A stretch of DNA of 64,000 nucleotides from the human T2T-CHM13v2.0 reference genome, Homo sapiens: the NCBI RefSeq assembly GCF_009914755.1, contig NC_060931.1; one strand, written 5' to 3'. The notes under the pieces were generated by a model that ran no database searches, was not told the DNA's origin, and saw only the letters and a list, made by a program, of their open reading frames with translations. This document shows positions 41,432 through 55,430 of this stretch, one piece after another (the stretch's first letter is position 1; every line of letters begins with the position of its first letter). Position numbers and translations under genes: made by a program.

Positions 41432-44084
41432 TGTTTTGAACTTAGGATGATTGGCCATATGACCATGCATTTGCTTTAGGGAAGAATCTCATGGCACTAT
41501 ATCCAGACCCTGGAGACAAAAGCAAGAGAATCATAAGAGTGAACCAAATGCATCTCAAAATTTGTGTGATTCCATCTTAAACTACCTAGCGTATAGCATG
41601 CACTCAGGACTAACTCAAATCCCTAATTCAGAAAGCAAAAAAACTAACTTTTTAAAGGGCACAGTCTGATTAGAAACACCCCAAATGTGTTACTAATTAG
41701 AAAACAATATTTAGTGTAAAGTGTTTTATCATTTTACTAGCTTAGGGTTTCATTGCTCTCAAAATAATGAAGAGGTACTTGTAAGACAAAAAAGTGCTCA
41801 CTAAAGTAGCAACTCCCAGAATGATGAATCTGTCTGTTTTAGTGACAAATTCTAGGCTCTATTCTACAAGCAAAACTTCTTTACAAGCTCTAATGTGTCA
41901 ATTTCCAATCTCCAACAATTTTAAGTTCTTGACTACATCCAGAGCATCAGGAAGAATCTGCTGGTCACTCTGAAATAGCATTTTGTTTTTGCTACACAAA
42001 GACTATTCAAGCTTATTATTCATGCTTGTTATTTTGCCTGAATGGTTGCAAAAAGAGAGTAATTTCTTGAGGTGTCTTGGCTTGAGTTGGAAGACAGAGG
42101 GGAACACACTGAAGATCCCTCAAGACAATGCAAGCCTATGTATAAGAAGGGACTTGCCTTAAGCTATGCACAGGCAAAGAAAGAAAAAAGGGACATAGAA
42201 AGGAAGTGGTGGGGAAACAATTTTCAGACAATTCCCCACCCTAGTCTGGTGATCCAATGACAAATGGGACTGTCTGAAGCAACTCTGACTGAAGAGCAAT
42301 GTCAAAGTCTCTCTGTCTCTCTTTTTCTTTGCCAGGGGAGGATGTTCGTATTTGCTACTTTGTAAAGCAATATTTCATGCCAGTGTCCTTTGTTCTTGCC
42401 TATAAATTGAGTCCCAGAATTTCCTTTTTGCTATCTTGCAAGCGTAAAGTGGGTGTGATTGGGGATAATGTCCCCCACTGGCAGTCCACGCTCCACACTA
42501 ATGACTCTTCCCTTAGTCAGACGTGCTGTGAAGTGAATCATTGAAGGAAGGTTGATAAAGCAGGAATGTTTTCAAATGATTTTTCTACACACTTCTATAA
42601 ATTGCCTAAAGATGATCATTATCATCTGAGAATATGAAGTATAGCTGCGTGGAGGAGGGGAGAAAGGGCGGACAGGTAGTCCAAGAGGGAAATTATCTGC
42701 ATCATTGAGAACCAACTGTCAAAGCAGAGAAACCAGAGTCCAGGGAGTGTGTGGGGGGTGCAACCACAGGTCGAAGAAGAGAAGAGCCACACACTTCTCA
42801 ACCCCCCTCCCACTCCACACCTACTCCCCAGAGAGTGAGAGAAAGCCGGAAATAAAGCTTCTGTTTGTCACTCCTCACATCACAATTCCACTTAACTAAA
42901 CAAAGGCCTGGCAAAGGCAGTTTTAACCCTAAAGCTCAGAGTGAGAAGTGCACCTGTTTTAGATTCAACAAAATAGTCCCAAATGCCTGGAAGGCATGGT
43001 ATCTCTGTGGTCCCCCTTGCCTGGCAAGTACAGGCCCTTCTGAGCTACAAACCTCTGGCTATGAGTTCTTTCTTCTTTGCCTCCTTGGGATGAAACTGTC
43101 AGCTATGGAGAAAAAGTAAGGAACCTTGTGATGGACTTTGAAATTCAACATAATACCTAAGTAGTAAAGATAAAAGAATCCTCTCCTCCGTCTCACAAAC
43201 ACAGTTGCATGAACCCTTGTCCGTGCTAATTGACCAAGGAATGAAGTATAAGATAGTAACTACAGATTTAAAAGAAAAAAAAATTCATACACTCTTCTCC
43301 AAAAGTAAGTGTAAGATTTCTGAAAATTACAAACACATATACTACGTGTATATTTATGGTTCTTAAACTACTTGAATGTATCTTAGCAGTAAAATATCCC
43401 CCAATAAAATATTCCTCTCCTTCTTGAAAACATGAACCACGCAATGCTAAGTGAAATATTTGTTACAAATATTTTTCCAGTGGTTTAAACACTCCAAATG
43501 CCAAATAAATTGCAAGGAATGAATAATATTTTTGAAAATAGTTTTATGTGAATGAATTGTTTATGCAAACATAGATTTAATAATCTGAATCCAAATAACA
43601 AAAAATCATTCCAAAATATTTTATCACCCTATCCAGTTTTTACTAACCTTTATGCCCTCAGAAAGTTACTTTATTTCGATGCTTTCCTATTGGCAGCAGT
43701 AAAATCTCATGGAACTTAGAAAAGGTGATGTAGGGGGAGTATTCTCCATCTTATATCATTGCAGTATTCACTTTAAAGCAATGTAGTCCTTTTCTGTTTC
43801 TACCCCAACATTTCATAATTATATCATTTTACAAGAATTGTGTAATTTACATAACCACCTAAATTGTCATAATTGCTAGAAAGTGCTGAAAAAGCATACG
43901 GTAGGCATTTCAGATTCATTTCTGCTCTCTGTTTGAAACTCATTTTAAATGCCTTTTGCATAAAAATTCTTTTGGTCAACAAAAAAGTAACTTGGATTTA
44001 ATTTTGCAGGAACCTTCTCTTCTTCTCCCTCTCAGACTGACTTCTCTTCTTTCAGGAAGCCTTTCTCAGGTATTAGACCTGAGT

Positions 44085-44215
44085 ACTAACAGGGTCACCT
44101 GGTAAACAAACCCCTCCTCTTGATCTTACAGAAGAAGCTGAGACCACAGAGGTTAGCTGACTTGATCTGAGTACCACAGGTCACATCTGCGGAGCCAAGC
44201 CTAGAAATCACTTTT
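44085..44215 (-). mobile_element. MIR
   Basis: cttacagaagaagctgagaccacagaggttagctgacttg. Confidence 0.65.
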
Positions 44216-45163
44216 ATTTAACTTGCATGTTTTGTTCATTGTCCCGCACTGTTCTACACTGCATTTAGAAAGAGGAAAAGGAAAAATACAAGAATGGAAT
44301 GGTCTCTCTACAGTTTTCTCAGCATGCCATTTCTATTATAATTATCTTAACCATCTGTTTTGCTTGGAACAGGCAAAAGAATTTGATATTAAGAAACAAA
44401 ATTCATTCTGTACAACAGAGAAGGGCTTCAGAAATGAGACTTTATTTCAGAATACAAGAGTGGATATCAATTTTATCAGAGGTTTCATCTGTGAAGTAGA
44501 ATGCCAGTATTTGACCATTACTGTTTTGAAAATCAGTGGCTCATGTAGTTTTGTAAATAAAAATGTGCAACTCAAAGTTATTGCAGCATATTGTTTATAA
44601 TATTTGCTTAGAGTGTAATGTGGAAACCTGAAGTAAAGCACCACTAAACAGTTAAGGGCATTGGAAAATGGCAACTTTTCCCAATACCCTTAATTGTTTT
44701 TCTTTCTTGAATTCTGCTTCAACTTCTCTCCTAAAAAGCTAATCTATCCTTGCATACTTAAAAGACAATGTATTGATGTTTAGCTCCTTGAAACTAATTT
44801 AGCTGTTATGTGAAGCTATAAAACTTAGTGGCAACATATGTGATAGGCATAAATAATGGACCACCTTTCTGGTATGCTTACCTAGTGCACGTGCGCACAT
44901 ATATGGACGCACACACTGCAAAAAACACACACATGGATGCACAAGACATACACGCAGATACACACAAACAATTTATGCTACTAATAATTCAGAGTTTTGA
45001 AATAAATAAGAAATAAGCTGGTTCACTTATTTTCCTTTCTGTCAAAAATTACTGTAAAATATGTATTTTATTGCAAATTAAGAAAAAAATTGAGAGTGAT
45101 GTACCTGTCTTGCAGTTACAGGCTTTTCAAATTACAGATAGTATTTGAAAGAACCAATAATAC

Positions 45164-45407
45164 CTCAAAATCATTATTTTAAAAAATTATAATTATTACA
45201 AATTAACCAAGCTTCAGAAGAGGTAAACTCCCAACATGAAAGACAGCTTATCACTTTTGAAATAAGCATGGAAGGCAGAACAATTTTCATAGAAAAATGG
45301 AGAGTATTCATTCCAATTAATAAAAAAAACAAGCTATTATTTCTGCCAAAAAAAGGAAAATTAATAGCAAAGGTAGGATGAACCAGAGACCCTTTCAATA
45401 TTGTCTT
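45164..45407 (-). pseudogene. Possible additional decayed exon (phase 0 start)
   Basis: ctttatgttctag|AAG; open for 77 codons KTILKGSLVHPTFAINFPFF...GMNTLHFSMKIVLP; donor GAG|gtatta. Needs a 1-nt indel to fit the chain. Confidence 0.3.
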
Positions 45408-47106
45408 CTAGAACATAAAGTTATTATAATAACACTAAAGAAGAAAAAAAACTTGAAACAACATATACATTGATAAAAGAACAATTTTTCTGTTCAACGA
45501 GAATCAAATTTTTTACAGCTGATCGATGTAATATAGTTCTGTAATTTTCGTGAAATAATTTTAGAACTGCTGGGAAATCTCAGCTGAAGGAAACAAAGAA
45601 AAGTTCATAAAATTTTCTAAAAATCAAAGTCGTGAAATTTTTTCCCCCTATGAATTATATATTAGAAACAAGTAATTCAATTCCAACTTTCTCTTTCCTG
45701 TGATAGTGAAAAAGCTTATAAACCAACAACTTAACACATGAAAGCCATTTTAATTCTCACACCAGCACACATCTCACAAGAATTGAAAATAAATAGAAAA
45801 ATATGTAGTGAAAACAGTCGTGTAGACCCCTAAACATTTTCAGAATTTAACATTAAGCACTTTTTTTTTTCTCGTGGTGACTTTTCTTTTTCCCTTTCCT
45901 AAGTTGTAATGTGATGTTTGTCCTCCACTTAATTTCTTGGCAATGTGGTAGTGGATCAATAAATCAATCTGGCATATTAACCCTAGCAATCATTTTGGAA
46001 TGTGGATAAACTTCTTTCTGTTATTGCTTAAATTTGTGCTCTTCTTGTAAATGAGGTTCATTTTATAAACCACAGGTAAAGTTCCATAGTCCAACGTTAC
46101 ACTTGCCTAGCACATTTCCACATGAATCATTTGTGATATGCTACTACTTTGTTTAAAATATATACACCCACAAATGTAAGTATTTATATGCATATATATT
46201 ATTTATGTATAAATGTGAAGGTGAAATTGACTCCACTGAAACAAGCAACATGGGCTATAAATGGTATGCTCAATGTATTCATGTTTCATTCTTCCCTTCC
46301 TCCATTCCTCCCTTTCTCCCTCTTTCCTTCCTTCTATTACTTTTGACTTCCTTCTGGTTTGTGTATTGTCCTTTATTCCTTCAAGAGACAGGCTGTGAAA
46401 GCGCTAATATATGAGGAATTTATTCTTTAATGTAGTGTGTTCAATCCACTAACGTCCTTGCCTAGGCCACCAAATAGGCATTAATGTGAGAGCACAGTCT
46501 TGAGTAAGTATAGATAATATATATTTTATTATAATATTTTACAGTTACTCAAGGTAATTTTAAAAATGCCATTTGAATTTTCATTCATATATAATTCATG
46601 CTTTTATTTTGAATATGAATCAGAAACAGGCCTGAGAGCAACAAAATAGTTTATGTAGTAGAATCAATAATATGATTACCTAAGATATGCAACAAGATGC
46701 TAAAATGCATTGTTATCTTGGCACCGAAAAATAGATCATCTTTTTTAATTTGCCTGTTTAAGATAACATAAAAAACAAGATGTTTGTTTTTTATTTTTCT
46801 TGATAATCTTTGCAGTGTTTAAGGAATGTTAATCATTCATTCATTCAATATTAATGTAAACACAAAAAGTAATCAATAATCTTGTCCCTAGTAGAGGTGA
46901 TAATTATTAAAGGCCATTTATATTACTACATATGTCACTAAAACTTCACAATATTATTTTTGTATTAACACATTTTGAATATGTCTATTAGATTGGTGTT
47001 TCCTATATATACACCCATATGACAAATATCTCTCGGGTTGGTGAAAGGAAAATTTCTCTGAAACTCATAACCCTTTTATCAGAAATAAGAATTAATGAAA
47101 ACTGTT

Positions 47107-47467
47107 TGATATGGTTTGGCTCTGTGTCCCCACCCAAATTTCATGTTGAATTGTAATTCCCATGTATTGAGGGAGGGACCTGGTGGAAGGTGATTGGATC
47201 ACGGGGAGGATTTCCCCCATGCTTTCTCATGATAGTGAGTTTTCATAAGATCTGACAGTTTAATAGTGCTTGGCAGTTTCCCCCTTCATTCTCTCTCTTT
47301 CTTGCTCTGACATGTGAAGACTGTGCCTTGCTTCTTCTTCTGCCCTAACTATAAGTTTCCTGAGGCCTCCCCAGCCATGTGGAATGGTGAGTTAATTAAC
47401 TTTCTTTTCTTTATAAATTATCCAGTCTTGGGTAGTTCTTTATAGCCGTGCAAAAACAGACTAATAC
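47107..47467 (+). mobile_element. THE1 (THE1C/D-like) MaLR solo LTR
   Basis: tgatatggtttggctctgtgtccccacccaaat...gtttcctgaggcctccccagccatg...aacagactaatac. Confidence 0.92.
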
Positions 47468-48991
47468 TTTTGATTTTTTACTTAGTTTCCAGGAATTTCC
47501 AGGCTACATTTTGGGCTTAACAAGAATAACTTTTCTTAGAGTACATTTTCTGATTTAATAAAAATAAAACTTAGCAATGTTCGTAGCAAATCATTCTGAA
47601 AATGGTACAGGACAGAGTGTTAAAGTTGTTGTCTTCTGTAGAGAGAAGAGAGGTGGACGTGAAGTTGAATCTAGGCAGGGTAGTTACAGGCAATCCTCTC
47701 TATGTGGGATGTCTGGGTGGTTGAATTGCTGAATGGTTACAAATGGTGGAATTTCGTATTATATCTATGTGTACCTAGTAATTAATTTTTAGATGCTTAT
47801 TGAAATATCATGAATACAAACTAAGGATGTTAGCGTGCTTTATATTGGGTCTTACATTTTTAAAAAATAATTTTTTTATTTGTTGTTTTTACTAGGTCAA
47901 AAAAGGATAGAAACATCTAAAACAATGATTATGTTACAGTGAAGAAGGACTTTGTTTTGTCAGCAATGGAGCATTTTCCAAGGGAGATAGATGAATGCCC
48001 ACTCCCACTGCCTAACTTTGTAACTGCTTTTGCTGTTTGTTTCCTCTCATTCATTTTGCATTCGTGTTAGGCTTGCATCTGTTTATGTTACTTGTCTATT
48101 ATTCATCTACAGGATAACTGCTCAGCAGTCGTTACTTCCTTTCATATCTTTTCTGCATCTTTTGTTTCCATGGGTTGTTTTGGCAATAAAACCAAGAAAA
48201 GGGTACAAAGCTTATAAAAAAGTGCAGTTGGAACATCATGTTTTTACAGCTCAAAGAACATTATTGCTGATTTCAAAAAGTTTTTTTTAAATGTTAAAAT
48301 GTATCCAGCAAAGTTTAAAGCTCATAGGTATGATAAATTTGAAAATTTGAGAAAATGAAATTTAAAAAGTGTTTCCAAAACAGCTCGCTACTGTTTGATC
48401 TTCACATGGCAGTCTGCCTTGTGCAATTTTCTGTTTACTGTACATTTTAATACCTAAGTTTCAAGCAATGAAGTCATAGTAATTCCTTACATTTGTATAG
48501 CACTTCATAATTTTATTGTGTGATTACTCATTCATTATGTCCTCTAATCTTTCTAGGTAGATAATTAGCATCTTCATTTTAGGATAGGAAAAAAGAGAGT
48601 AATAACTTTGTTAAATGACATGCTAAGATCAAAAGATCAATGGATCTCTGAGCCTGGAATCTACACTAACTTGATACCTGGTGTGGGTCAGGAGAATCCT
48701 CACAATATAAAGTTGCTCCAGACTTCCTGCAAGCCTAAGTGGTAAAATAAGGTTTGGGGATTTTAGATTATGTTAGCATAGTTTTATGTGTGATTTTAAA
48801 TCATTATTGTGTCTCCAAACTTATTAAGACTCTATCTATCTATTATCAAGGGATTGAAGTTTAGCTGGGAAAGGGGACTAATACGTATCTATTTTACCAT
48901 ATTACCTTTATAAATCCTTAAAGGAATATACTTTAGGTCTTATTTTTGACATGAAGAAAAAATTAAAAATAATTTGATCCTGCTACCTTAC

Positions 48992-49146
48992 CAGCCACTG
49001 CGTATACGTTTTGTTTAGAAAATAATGGAAAGATAGATGTGACAAAGTGGAGAAGATAACACCATAGAGGCACATATATGTTCTGTATCTTCCCTTATCA
49101 ATTACATATTACCAATATATATATGCCCAATAAGCAGAAAACTTTT
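48992..49146 (-). pseudogene. Putative exon (155 nt, phase 1-0, one stop)
   Basis: atctctttggcag|...CTG|gtaagg; KFSAYWAYIYW*YVIDKGRYRTYMCLYGVIFSTLSHLSFHYFLNKTYTQWL. Confidence 0.45.
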
Positions 49147-49602
49147 CTGCCAAAGAGATTTCACTTTTATGTCTCTGTTAAATAATTTCTACATTCTACG
49201 TCCCACTGTTGTAAAAGAACAACCCAGTAATCCCTCAAAGCCTAGGTTCCATGTAAAATAAATTTTGTACGATCATTATGTAGTACTTGTGAAAAGTCAT
49301 AGAATTTTAAAAAGCATTTGATTTGCACCCAAAACAACCAAGAAGTGTCAATGTTTCAATAATTGCATAATTATTTTTAAAGTTATCATCTTTGGAGTGC
49401 TAAAGCTATCATTAAGTGATAAATAACAACATAATTTTATTTTGGCCTGTGCCATCCTGGACTCACCTAAGAAACCTTAGTTCATACTTCCAGATCATTA
49501 TCAGAGCTGTCCCTGTGACCATGGTGTAAGATGACTCCTAAGGAAAAATGAACCATGTCTCTCTATCTCCTCAACCAAAAACATCAGAAAGTGCTCCCTT
49601 AC

Positions 49603-49763
49603 CTTTTCTTCCCTCCCCAAGAGAAAGATCTTTGGTGAAAAAACTTAGTTTCTGCCATGTGGGTCTCCTTATTTACTTATAGTGGTGAGAAGCTACCTTT
49701 CTACTCTGACATCTTGCTCTCTGTTGCTGTCTTTCAGTTGTTGAGTAATCAACTCTTAATAAG
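49603..49763 (-). pseudogene. Putative exon (161 nt, phase 2-1, one stop)
   Basis: tttactgtcactcag|...AAG|gtaagg; LLRVDYSTTERQQQRARCQSRKVASHHYK*IRRPTWQKLSFFTKDLSLGEGRK. Confidence 0.45.
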
Positions 49764-50892
49764 CTGAGTGACAGTAAATGGTTACAGTTTAGGAGGATTA
49801 ATAAAAGTTGCTATTAAAATATATATATTTAATAAGCACAGAGGTATCTGAAAATGTTTATATATTCTCCTTATTGAATTTGTAGAATCTGTTTAGGTAA
49901 TCGCTAAGCCTTTAGACAGAATCTCTCCAGGTTTCCTTCAATAGATATGACTTTAATATCAAGTCAGCTCTGTCCTTTTGTTGACTCTCAGTCATAAATG
50001 CCAGCTAGAGGTTGGAAACTCAAGCATCATTAAGAAATGGTCTGAAAGTGACTTAAATTGTGTTCTGGCCTAGATTAAGCCTTTCAGAGCAACTATAAAT
50101 GTACGGCGCTTTCATCTAACCTAGCCCCATGGGCATTTAATGAAAGTAAGTGCTCATTATTGTTATTGTTATGAATTATAATATATACTGTATATAAGAC
50201 AAAATCACAATAGAAAAAACAACCAGCAGCCTAATTTACATTGAGTAGTCCAAACATACAATTTCTCCCACCTAAAATTTTTACCTTGGAATTTTCTTTC
50301 ATGGCTATCTGTAATTCTATAAAGGTCAGCAAAATACTGAGCTGTTTTGACCAGGCAAAGAAGGGTTAAACATAAATCCTAATATACTATAATTAAATAT
50401 ATAAATGTTATGTTCCTAAACCCAAGTTATACAGCTTAATATAAAAAACGACATATAAGTAATAACCTATAGCATACATACGTCAGGAAATTGTCCTTAA
50501 GAAATCAGCTGACTTTAAGTAGCTTATAAATACTAAATAAAAATATATTGCAAATGAAAAGCTTTTTTAAGTTGAATTGGAAATTTTTTTTGTAACTGGT
50601 TTGATTTTACCTGAAAGTAGGAAAGCAAAGTAAAATGAACAAGTAAAATTTATTTCCCTAAACCCCAGGGAGTTTATAAATACATCATGAGAACATTTAT
50701 GTAGACACAATAACAGAAAAGGAGAACATTAGAGATACAATATGCAAATTATGGGAGAAAATATTAAGAAAAACAGTTTTACTAACATTATAACATGACT
50801 GAAAATTAATGATTAAATAAGAAAATATCTCACAATAAATTATTTTTAGAAGCAGAGACAATTAATTGGGATAACAAGACAAACTGCATCAA

Positions 50893-50941
50893 GATATATA
50901 CACACACACACACATATAGATATATACACACACACATATAT

Positions 50942-50974
<33 letters not shown>

Positions 50975-50977
50975 CAC
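50893..50977. repeat. Compound (TA)n/(CA)n microsatellite
   Basis: Direct read. Confidence 0.9.
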
Positions 50978-51183
50978 AAAAGTGACCTAATTTATACATT
51001 TCAACACATTTATATTGAAAGGTCAATATGGAGCAAATCAACTTTATTTAATTTATATTTATTAGGCAGATGATGCCTGAAGAATGCAGAAACCTTAGCC
51101 ATTTTGATTTGATTCTTTCAGTCCCTGACCTGCCTACAGGCTGACATAATTTTCCTTCACAGAGACCAGTCTCCAGTGGTTAC

Positions 51184-51275
51184 CAATCTTGATCTTCCAG
51201 TGTAGACTGAGTTCTCTTTGAATTACTGGAGCAGGGTGTATGCGAGGTTGGATAAATCAGCCAAACCGAAAGGCC
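51184..51275 (-). pseudogene. Putative exon (92 nt, phase 0-2, open)
   Basis: ctgcttctttgccctgcag|G...TG|gtaacc; GLSVWLIYPTSHTPCSSNSKRTQSTLEDQD. Confidence 0.4.
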
Positions 51276-53001
51276 CTGCAGGGCAAAGAAGCAGTAGGGC
51301 ACCTGTCCTTACATTGCCCTGAAAGTGACCTCCTGTGTGACTTTCTGTGAGGTAAGAGGTCATTCTGCCTCTACTTTGGCTTAGCTTATGTCACTCACAG
51401 TAAAGGTCACAAATCCTGACAGCTTTCGGTGCTTGAGACTCAGATTACTGCGTGTCTGAGAAGGAGCGGAGAGCTGTGAGACCTGCTTCTCTTAGGAATC
51501 TAGGTCAGAATTCATTCAGTAATGCCACCCAGGCCCTTCAAAGCAATATCTTACATTGTAGAAATGCTTTGAGCAAATCCTGACGGTTGTTCATAAATTA
51601 TATTACAACCTGAAGGGAGAAAAAGTTATTCTGTCCCTTTTTTGACTCCAGCTTCTTATAAGATAAGTCATAAAATTTAATTGGTGTCCTCAGAGCAAGG
51701 TCATAGTTCTTAAATTCACCTATACCCTTCATAACCTCCAAGTCAATAATAATAACTGAAGATAATGTTAGTGCCACTAAATTTGATGAAAATGTCGGCA
51801 GCAGTTAATGTACAAGAAACCCATCCAAATATATGAAGACTGTTTTTTTTTTTTTTTAAAGTATGTGACGCTTTCTGAGTGTCTCTGAAATACTGTAAAT
51901 GTTTGGAATTTGGACTTTATATAAATAGGAAGCATATGCACATTTGTTAACAGAGGTGACAGTATGAAGATTGGAGATTGGAAAAGGGTAAGATAGAGGG
52001 AGAGAATAATCTTTTAAGAAAGCAAGTTCAGACATTAAATGTAAATAAATGGAAAAGTCTATGAGGAAATGCTATAAACCTATTTTTAGGTAATTTACCT
52101 TTCCTATACAAAAAGAGAGGTAGGAAAAGAAAAAAAAATAGAAAAGGGGAGACTGAAGTGAACACTTGCTTATTGCTTTGAGGTTGTATAAATGTTGCCA
52201 AAACTATGCCCAATGCCTACTTAAGTGTGGGAAACAGAGTTGACACTTAAAGAATTGTGCAGTGGTGACTCTGGAGTCTAGAAGCCTGTTGCTAGTGTGA
52301 ATGGAACTGAACTCATTTCCTTTAAGGGAAAGGCCAAAGACAGTGAGTAAGTGATAAAAACTTGTGGTGAGAATCAAGCAATGCAGAGACATTAAAAAAT
52401 TCCTAGAACCATATAGATGCTAACATATTAGATTTTAATAATGAATAACTAATTCAAATATCCTGATTCTTTTTAAAAATCAAAGTAATGTGTTGCATAC
52501 ACCTAAGACACTATTAGAAATATAGGAGCTATACTTTTATACCTTGGCATGGCATTTCACTTTCCAAAGCAAATATGTGAGACTGTCTCTTTTTAAATGT
52601 TTCATTCAGGGATAAAATATGATGTTTGGATTATCTCCTTAACCCACTGCATCCAATAAATAAAAATCTCTCCTCTTAATATTACCTCTATTCTCTCAGT
52701 AAGACTGATGATAATTCAATCTTCTTTGACTGTAATCTCTCTTTCCAATTCATCTACAATATTGTCAGATCTTGCTTCAAAATGACCCCAGCTTTGTTTT
52801 TTCTATTTCTACAGCCATTGTCGTAACTTGAAACTAAATTGGGATCCATGATAACTGATTTATTGTACCATCTTTGCTATTTGATGTTGGTCAAATCACC
52901 TAACTTGAGTTAAATGAAGGAGTGGAAGACCTCTAAATCTAAATCTAAATTTCTCTTATTGATATTTTCCTTCTATGAAATACAGTGTTATGAGAGATTC
53001 T

Positions 53002-53045
53002 GAGAGAGAGAGACAGAGAGAGAGAGAGAGGGAGAGAGAGAGAGA
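53002..53045. repeat. (GA)n microsatellite
   Basis: Direct read. Confidence 0.9.
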
Positions 53046-53271
53046 TCAATTTACCTTCCAGGTGCTTATTATCACATAAGGGGAATAAGGCGGCTTCTGA
53101 CAGAGTGATTAGGGAAGACATAAAAAGGAGATCGAAAGTGGACTAGGCCTTGAATAAAGTGCAGAATATTAACAAGTCAGAGGAAAGGGCAGTAAGATTA
53201 AACCACCGTTGCTCTTGTCAAATGTTTTCTCAAAATTTCTTCTTTCATAAGAGCCTTTAGCTCAATGACAC

Positions 53272-53933
<662 letters not shown>

Positions 53934-54611
53934 GTAATGAAGTTCAGGCAACTCTTCTTACCCCATGGCTCTCATTACTTCTGTTCTTCATATCACATAT
54001 GCGGGAGAGTCATGTATGCAGTACTTTTTGAATGGAAGGAAAATTGAGATTCATGAAGATGTCATGAGTAAATCTCCCCAAATCTGAAACTAATTTAGCC
54101 TCCAGATTTACTGTATATTAGGGAAATGTGCATATGTACACATACACACACACACACACACGCACAAAACACACACTGTGCTAAACTTTAAGAATAATAA
54201 GAGAAAAGACTACTGGCTAAAAATAAATGTCCTACTGAAAAGTGTACTAAAATCCCATATTTAATTATGATTATTTAACAGTGATATCAGGTAAGGATGA
54301 TGTACATTTGAATGTAATTGATTAAACAAAAATACAGAAAGCATTTTTAATTAAATATACCCTATTGGGAAAAGTACTCAAAAACTAAAAGAATGGAGCT
54401 GAATAAGCCAGGTAAGCATCGGAAAAGGGATATCACAGAGGTAGATTCTAGCCAAGAGGTATGGAGCCTGTCTCCAAGCAGCCTCCAACATTCAAATATT
54501 GTGGGTTCCTTGGCAAGACTAATGGTATAATGGGTAAGAGTGCTTCAGGCTATTTTAATTAAAGGACAAGTTTACCAAGAAAAATTATAATAATTTTTTT
54601 TCCTCCATTTA

Positions 54612-54962
<351 letters not shown>

Positions 54963-55189
54963 CTAGATTGGACTGAAAATAGAATTATTTGACAGTTATT
55001 TCAAGTTGCACATAGGAATTGGCATTCTGGTTACAAATTAGCTTTCTATATGGAAAGGAGCCTTAATAGGGGACATTTCTGTACTGGTTTGTCTGCAATG
55101 TTCATGAAAGCTTCATTTAGCCTAGGTTTCTCTATATATTACTGCTTGAATGGGTTTTCTTTATCAGTATATTATATAAAATAAAATCT

Positions 55190-55430
55190 ACATATATTGG
55201 CTAATAACTTTTGAGTGGTGATTGTTTGACAGATGTTGCTTGACATGCTTCACATCTAATCTGTAACAGGACTTTATGTTATCTGTTTTAAAATGAATGT
55301 AATTTTATAGCCAAAGGGACTGAGGAATAGAAATGTTAAGTACTTTGCCTAATATCACACAGCTGGTAAGTGAAGGAGCCCAAATTCAAAAGAAGATAAT
55401 CTAGCTTCTGAACCCACATTCTTAACCCCT
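55190..55430 (-). mobile_element. MIR
   Basis: gactgaggaatagaaatgttaagtactttgcctaatatcacacagctggtaagtg. Confidence 0.7.
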
